Part shown: positions 28,727 to 32,000 of the stretch, one piece after another | How the letters are laid out: every line of letters begins with the position of its first letter | Position numbering within the stretch: the first letter of the stretch is position 1 | Assembly (NCBI RefSeq): GCF_000014265.1 | Contig: NC_008312.1 | Span: forward strand, 7,350,001 to 7,382,000 | Source of the DNA: Trichodesmium erythraeum IMS101 | GTDB lineage: Bacteria; Cyanobacteriota; Cyanobacteriia; Cyanobacteriales; Microcoleaceae | Length of the DNA stretch: 32,000 bases | Reading direction: 5' to 3' | Translations under genes and position numbers: made by a program | The notes under the pieces: generated by a model | What the model was told of the DNA's origin: nothing | The model's database searches: none | The model's input: only the letters and a program-made list of their open reading frames with translations

Positions 28727-30708
28727 TTCAGAACCGGACATGAAACTTTCGCTTCATCCGGCTCCTCTGTTAGAGGTCCCAATTCAAGGGTACATCCCTG
28801 CTTTAGTGTCAGCATATCGTTAACCCATAAGTAACATTCAGGTAAGTCCTGTGAATTGCCTATTAGATAGCTCTTGTGATTTAAAGCAATGTTAGTCTCG
28901 TGGCAATATTGGTGCAACAATTGTTTATTCCTTAGTATGTTGTCACCACCTTTAAACTTAGGTATTACATAGTTTACCTCTATTAGGTCAGTTACTCTAA
29001 AGGTCAATCCACAAAATGCACATTTATTCTTCTGACTTTTGAATAATTTTGAAGTCTCTGTTTTTACCCCTGAATATTTGCCAACTCTGCTAGTCCAATA
29101 ATTCCAGTCACCATCTAGTGTTAAGTTATTATCTTTTACTTTGATGTCTCCTATGATGGGAACATCAGAGTATTGATTTAGCATATATTCGCCCCGCGGG
29201 AGAATCCAATTTCCATTCTCAATATTCGGGAAATACTCTTGTTTAACCCAGGTGGCTGAATTGTTTGGATGCTGTCTACTTGCGCAACACCATAGTCTCT
29301 TCCACAGAAGCATATCCAGTTTGTTGAATATTTTATTAGTACTTACTTGTGTTGAGAAATAGTTAACCCATCCACTGATAGCTGGATTAAGTTTAGCAAT
29401 TAATCCTTTGACTGGTGCAATTTTGTATGAATCAAATCTTTCTGCCAGTTTCCGGTAATGAGTTTTAATACTTCTAGCGGACAATTTAATCAGGGTTTGA
29501 AATCCAAGTTTTGCTATCTTTGCCTGACCTTGCCTCATTGTGAATCCGAAGAAGTCCAATCCAGGCTTGTTCCCTTTATACTCTTCTAGAGCGTTGGCAA
29601 TTCTGGTCAATTCTTGTTTTAATTCTAATCTTACCTGGTTTAACCATTCCTGCATTACGGTTTTTGCTTGCAGTAGTACTTTGATATCTTCCTGTAGAAT
29701 TACGAACTCATCTACATAGTCTACTAGAATTAGACTTTGACATTTCGATTGCCAGCTCATTTGAGCACCCTTTTTATTTTTCAAATCTAGGGTTTTGGCA
29801 AACTCCATTAGTCTTTTCTCTATACCGTGTAAGGTGATGTTTGCTAGCAGAGGACTCATTACCTCTCCCTGTGCTGTATCCAACTCAACCAACCCACATC
29901 TATTTCCGAGAAGGAAGCTGTCGGGGTAGGTGAATAGGAGCTGTTGGGGTGGGTAGAATTGATTATTGTCTAAAACTCTAGACTTTAAACATTGTTTGAT
30001 TAGTCGTCTGTAGGATGATTTCTTAATTTTTCCTAGCAGTGCATCATGGTTAATTAGATCAAATAGATCAAAACATTTGGATATATCAACATCAAGAAAG
30101 TATTTAGATTTATTCTTGATGCTGGTAAAGATGATTTCAATAGCATCATTGGTTGATCGTCCTAGTCCCAAACCATAACTATTAGGTTCAAAGCGTTTCT
30201 CCCACTCTGGTTCCATACTTAGCTTGACCGAGCCCTGTAATGCTCGGTCGTACATTGTTGGGATGCTTAAGGAAAATTTTGCATTTAACCCTTGCTTTAG
30301 TATTGAGACTCTAGGGTTTAGAATGGCTTTCAGGGAATGTGATTTGAGTAGGTACACAAAATTAAAACGTTGCATTGGTGGTAGATTTTTAATACCATCT
30401 ACCCCGACGGTGTTTTTAACTTGATTATCCTGTCTCACCCATCTAACAGTTAGCAACAAAGGGTAATAACTTTTGGTCAGAAGTTTTTGGTATCTAGGCA
30501 TCTTGCGAATTTTGCCACAGCTGGATGCTCTGTAAATTAACTTTTGCAACTTAAATACATTCTTCATAGCCCGCCTCCAGTCTATGTCTCTCCATTTAAG
30601 AGTTAGATTGATACTAACTTGAGACGGTATATCCTCTGTATCCCATGCCACACTTAAAAATGGTTGAGGGTTTCCTAAGTTTCTTTTTAGTGTTTTAGCT
30701 TTATTCAT
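28708..30708 (-). CDS. Group II intron-encoded protein (RT / maturase X / HNH domains) with substituted catalytic motifs
   Basis: 666-aa open frame. RT blocks: TVGVDGI, IPTMYDRALQ, EPEWEKRFEPNSYGLGLGRS, DVDISKCFD(LFD)LINHDALL, AQGEVMSPLLANITLHG, YVDEFVIL. X-domain block LNPAISGWVNYFS. Zinc-finger/HNH block CAFCG...IEVNYVIP..GGD...LLHQYCHE. The open frame runs on through domain V and stops at the UGA in the domain VI tetraloop. Confidence 0.9.
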   Translation of the reverse strand: MNKAKTLKRNLGNPQPFLSVAWDTEDIPSQVSINLTLKWRDIDWRRAMKNVFKLQKLIYRASSCGKIRKMPRYQKLLTKSYYPLLLTVRWVRQDNQVKNTVGVDGIKNLPPMQRFNFVYLLKSHSLKAILNPRVSILKQGLNAKFSLSIPTMYDRALQGSVKLSMEPEWEKRFEPNSYGLGLGRSTNDAIEIIFTSIKNKSKYFLDVDISKCFDLFDLINHDALLGKIKKSSYRRLIKQCLKSRVLDNNQFYPPQQLLFTYPDSFLLGNRCGLVELDTAQGEVMSPLLANITLHGIEKRLMEFAKTLDLKNKKGAQMSWQSKCQSLILVDYVDEFVILQEDIKVLLQAKTVMQEWLNQVRLELKQELTRIANALEEYKGNKPGLDFFGFTMRQGQAKIAKLGFQTLIKLSARSIKTHYRKLAERFDSYKIAPVKGLIAKLNPAISGWVNYFSTQVSTNKIFNKLDMLLWKRLWCCASRQHPNNSATWVKQEYFPNIENGNWILPRGEYMLNQYSDVPIIGDIKVKDNNLTLDGDWNYWTSRVGKYSGVKTETSKLFKSQKNKCAFCGLTFRVTDLIEVNYVIPKFKGGDNILRNKQLLHQYCHETNIALNHKSYLIGNSQDLPECYLWVNDMLTLKQGCTLELGPLTEEPDEAKVSCPVLKTSRVG
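28731..28764 (-). ncRNA. Group II intron domain V
   Basis: Minus strand: GAGCCGGAUGAAGC-GAAA-GUUUCAUGUCCGGUUC. It has the AGC catalytic triad, a two-helix stem with a 3'-side bulge, and a GAAA tetraloop. Confidence 0.85.
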
Positions 30709-31311
30709 TGCTAATCATTGCTTTACATTACGTCTAACAGTGGGTACGTCTGCTAATCTTGCTTCTTACCCAATCCTGCTCTCTCTAAGACCTACGACTA
30801 ACTGTGTAGATTGACCTTGAATGGCTTCCTAAGTTCTCGACCTATAATTTATTCTTAGGTGTCTTAGAGAGTTTTTCTCGTTCCCTTATGCCTTTATTAC
30901 GACTGATTTAGTGGGGTAAAATCTCCCGGAGGGTTTTATTTGGTTGTTGATAACTCCGAGCATATAAAGTTATCCATAATTCCTCTGACATAATGTCTTT
31001 CACTCCATAGCTACCTTTGGAATGGTCTAATTTAACGAGAGTTTGATTACCTTCCTGTTCGTCCACTTGTCAGTCTCTGCTTGGAGTCTCACTTATTTGG
31101 TAGTTAAAGCTTTGACCCCGTTTAGGCCAGCTTCAGGGATTGATGTTCAGTCTCTACCCTGTGGCCTATGCTGTCAACCTAACAACAAGGCGAGAGGAAT
31201 TACACCTCTAAGATCATAAGAGTTATACACAAGTCGGAGGTTGTCCTCATGTATTGACTTGGGGTGGCCATTTATAGCCTGTTTCATGGTTTAGTGGCCA
31301 ACGAGTCGCAC

Positions 31312-31319
31312 ACACTCAT
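31312..31319 (-). CDS. apcD: apcD exon 1 (ATGAGTGT: Met-Ser-Va..)
   Basis: The minus strand reads aataattATGAGTGT|GTGCGAC. The 8 nt before the intron's GUGCG join exon 2 (A GTT AGT CAA GTT ATT CTC) to give MSVVSQVIL, the canonical ApcD start. Confidence 0.8.
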
Positions 31320-31866
31320 AATTATTGATTTTTTTTAGAGTTATATTTCATTTTGAGTATAGAATATAAATGAGTTTCTAGTCTAATTCTTATTCTTAAC
31401 TTTAAAGTTTCTGTTATACTCTCCGCGACAGGGATAAAGAATGTAACCTCAAAATAATATTAATATTACTCAAAAATTTGCTTGTGCTTTGAAAGCTTTC
31501 CGCGCCCATGGCATAACTTTTTAGTTGTTTTTTTTGAGTAAATATGTTATTTGATTTATTAATTTATTTAGTCTGGTCGTGGGGGAACAGTTACCAAACA
31601 AAAAACGGACGCGCCAGGGAAGTTTAATCAAGCTCTATCCCCTAACTATCTATTCTATCTCTCCTCTCATGGGTTCCCGTGGGTGCAGTGTCTGGTAAAA
31701 CGTCTACTTGTCGCAGGAGTTTCACCTCGGTATAATTCCCCTCAATAAAAATAGCCAGGGAAGATGTAAAAAGCAATTGTTAGAGATAGACTAAAAATAA
31801 TTACTCATGGGGAAAATGAAAAACTTTTAAGATAAGATTGACTTAGTGAAAAGGGATTATTAAAAA

Positions 31867-32000
31867 TTGGTCACATCATTTTGGCAACAAGGTCAGCTAG
31901 TAGAAATAACTATCACGGATTTAACAGATAGTGGTGATGGAGTGGGTCGTTATGATGAAAAAGTGGTATTTGTGCCTAATACAGTTTCTGGCGATCGTCT
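31867..32000 (+). CDS. RlmD/RumA-like 23S rRNA (uracil-C5)-methyltransferase, 5' partial (TRAM domain), runs off the window
   Basis: Open frame from TTG 31867, with a stop immediately upstream: VTSFWQQGQLVEITITDLTDSGDGVGRYDEKVVFVPNTVSGDR. This is the typical N-terminal TRAM-domain pattern of the family. Confidence 0.6.
   Translation, partial: MVTSFWQQGQLVEITITDLTDSGDGVGRYDEKVVFVPNTVSGDR

Larger units (their letters stand above)
28688..31311 (-). mobile_element. Group II intron (2624 nt) inserted in sense orientation in apcD
   Basis: 5' end GTGCGAC at 31311. About 600 nt of structured RNA (DI-DIII) precede the IEP ORF. Domain V lies at 28731-28764 and domain VI has a bulged A at 28695. The 3' end ...UUUAAC is at 28688. 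Exon ligation is in frame. Confidence 0.9.

Noticed and set aside
28708-30708. Reverse transcriptase as a retron, DGR or defence-associated RT
   Set aside because: The flanking RNA has a group II 5' GUGCG, domain V and domain VI, and the protein has X and HNH domains. All of this is diagnostic of a group II intron IEP.
1-32000. CRISPR arrays, rRNA, tRNA, tmRNA and RNase P RNA
   Set aside because: There are no regularly spaced 25-40-bp direct repeats and no recognisable conserved cores of these RNAs anywhere in the window.

Overview
AT-rich cyanobacterial chromosomal DNA. The HIP1 octamer GCGATCGC recurs throughout (e.g. 247-254, ~3630, ~6775, ~8500, ~13790, ~25950, ~31990), and photosynthesis genes psbU, apcD and btpA are present. 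By my tally only about 53% of the window is intact coding sequence. The rest is long ORF-free AT-rich spacers plus at least four decayed genes or mobile elements. This resembles a low-coding-density filamentous cyanobacterium (Trichodesmium-like) or an eroding symbiont (Nostoc azollae-like); I cannot tell which from sequence alone.

Intact genes, in order:
- DUF62 SAM hydroxide adenosyltransferase
- pyridine-nucleotide-disulfide oxidoreductase::SelD fusion
- two tandem alanine/glycine:cation symporters
- two small secreted paralogs with a shared N-terminal module (one peptidoglycan-binding, one Gly/Tyr-rich)
- MsbA-like ABC exporter
- AEC transporter
- AI-2E (PerM) transporter
- membrane-anchored SGNH hydrolase
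- BtpA
- PsbU
- DUF3120 protein
- UppP
- the 5' end of an RlmD/RumA-like methyltransferase

Main finding: apcD (allophycocyanin alpha-B) is split after its 8th nucleotide by a 2624-nt sense-oriented group II intron (28688-31311, minus strand). The intron has a 5' GUGCG, a canonical domain V, and a domain VI with a bulged branch A 7 nt from the 3' end. Exon ligation restores the canonical ApcD N-terminus MSVVSQVIL.

The intron-encoded protein is a full-length open frame, but its reverse transcriptase and HNH catalytic motifs are substituted (YADD to YVDE; HH to NY; a 9-bp in-frame duplication in the CFDxINH motif). This suggests an immobilised intron kept for maturase activity. No CRISPR array, tRNA or rRNA was found.
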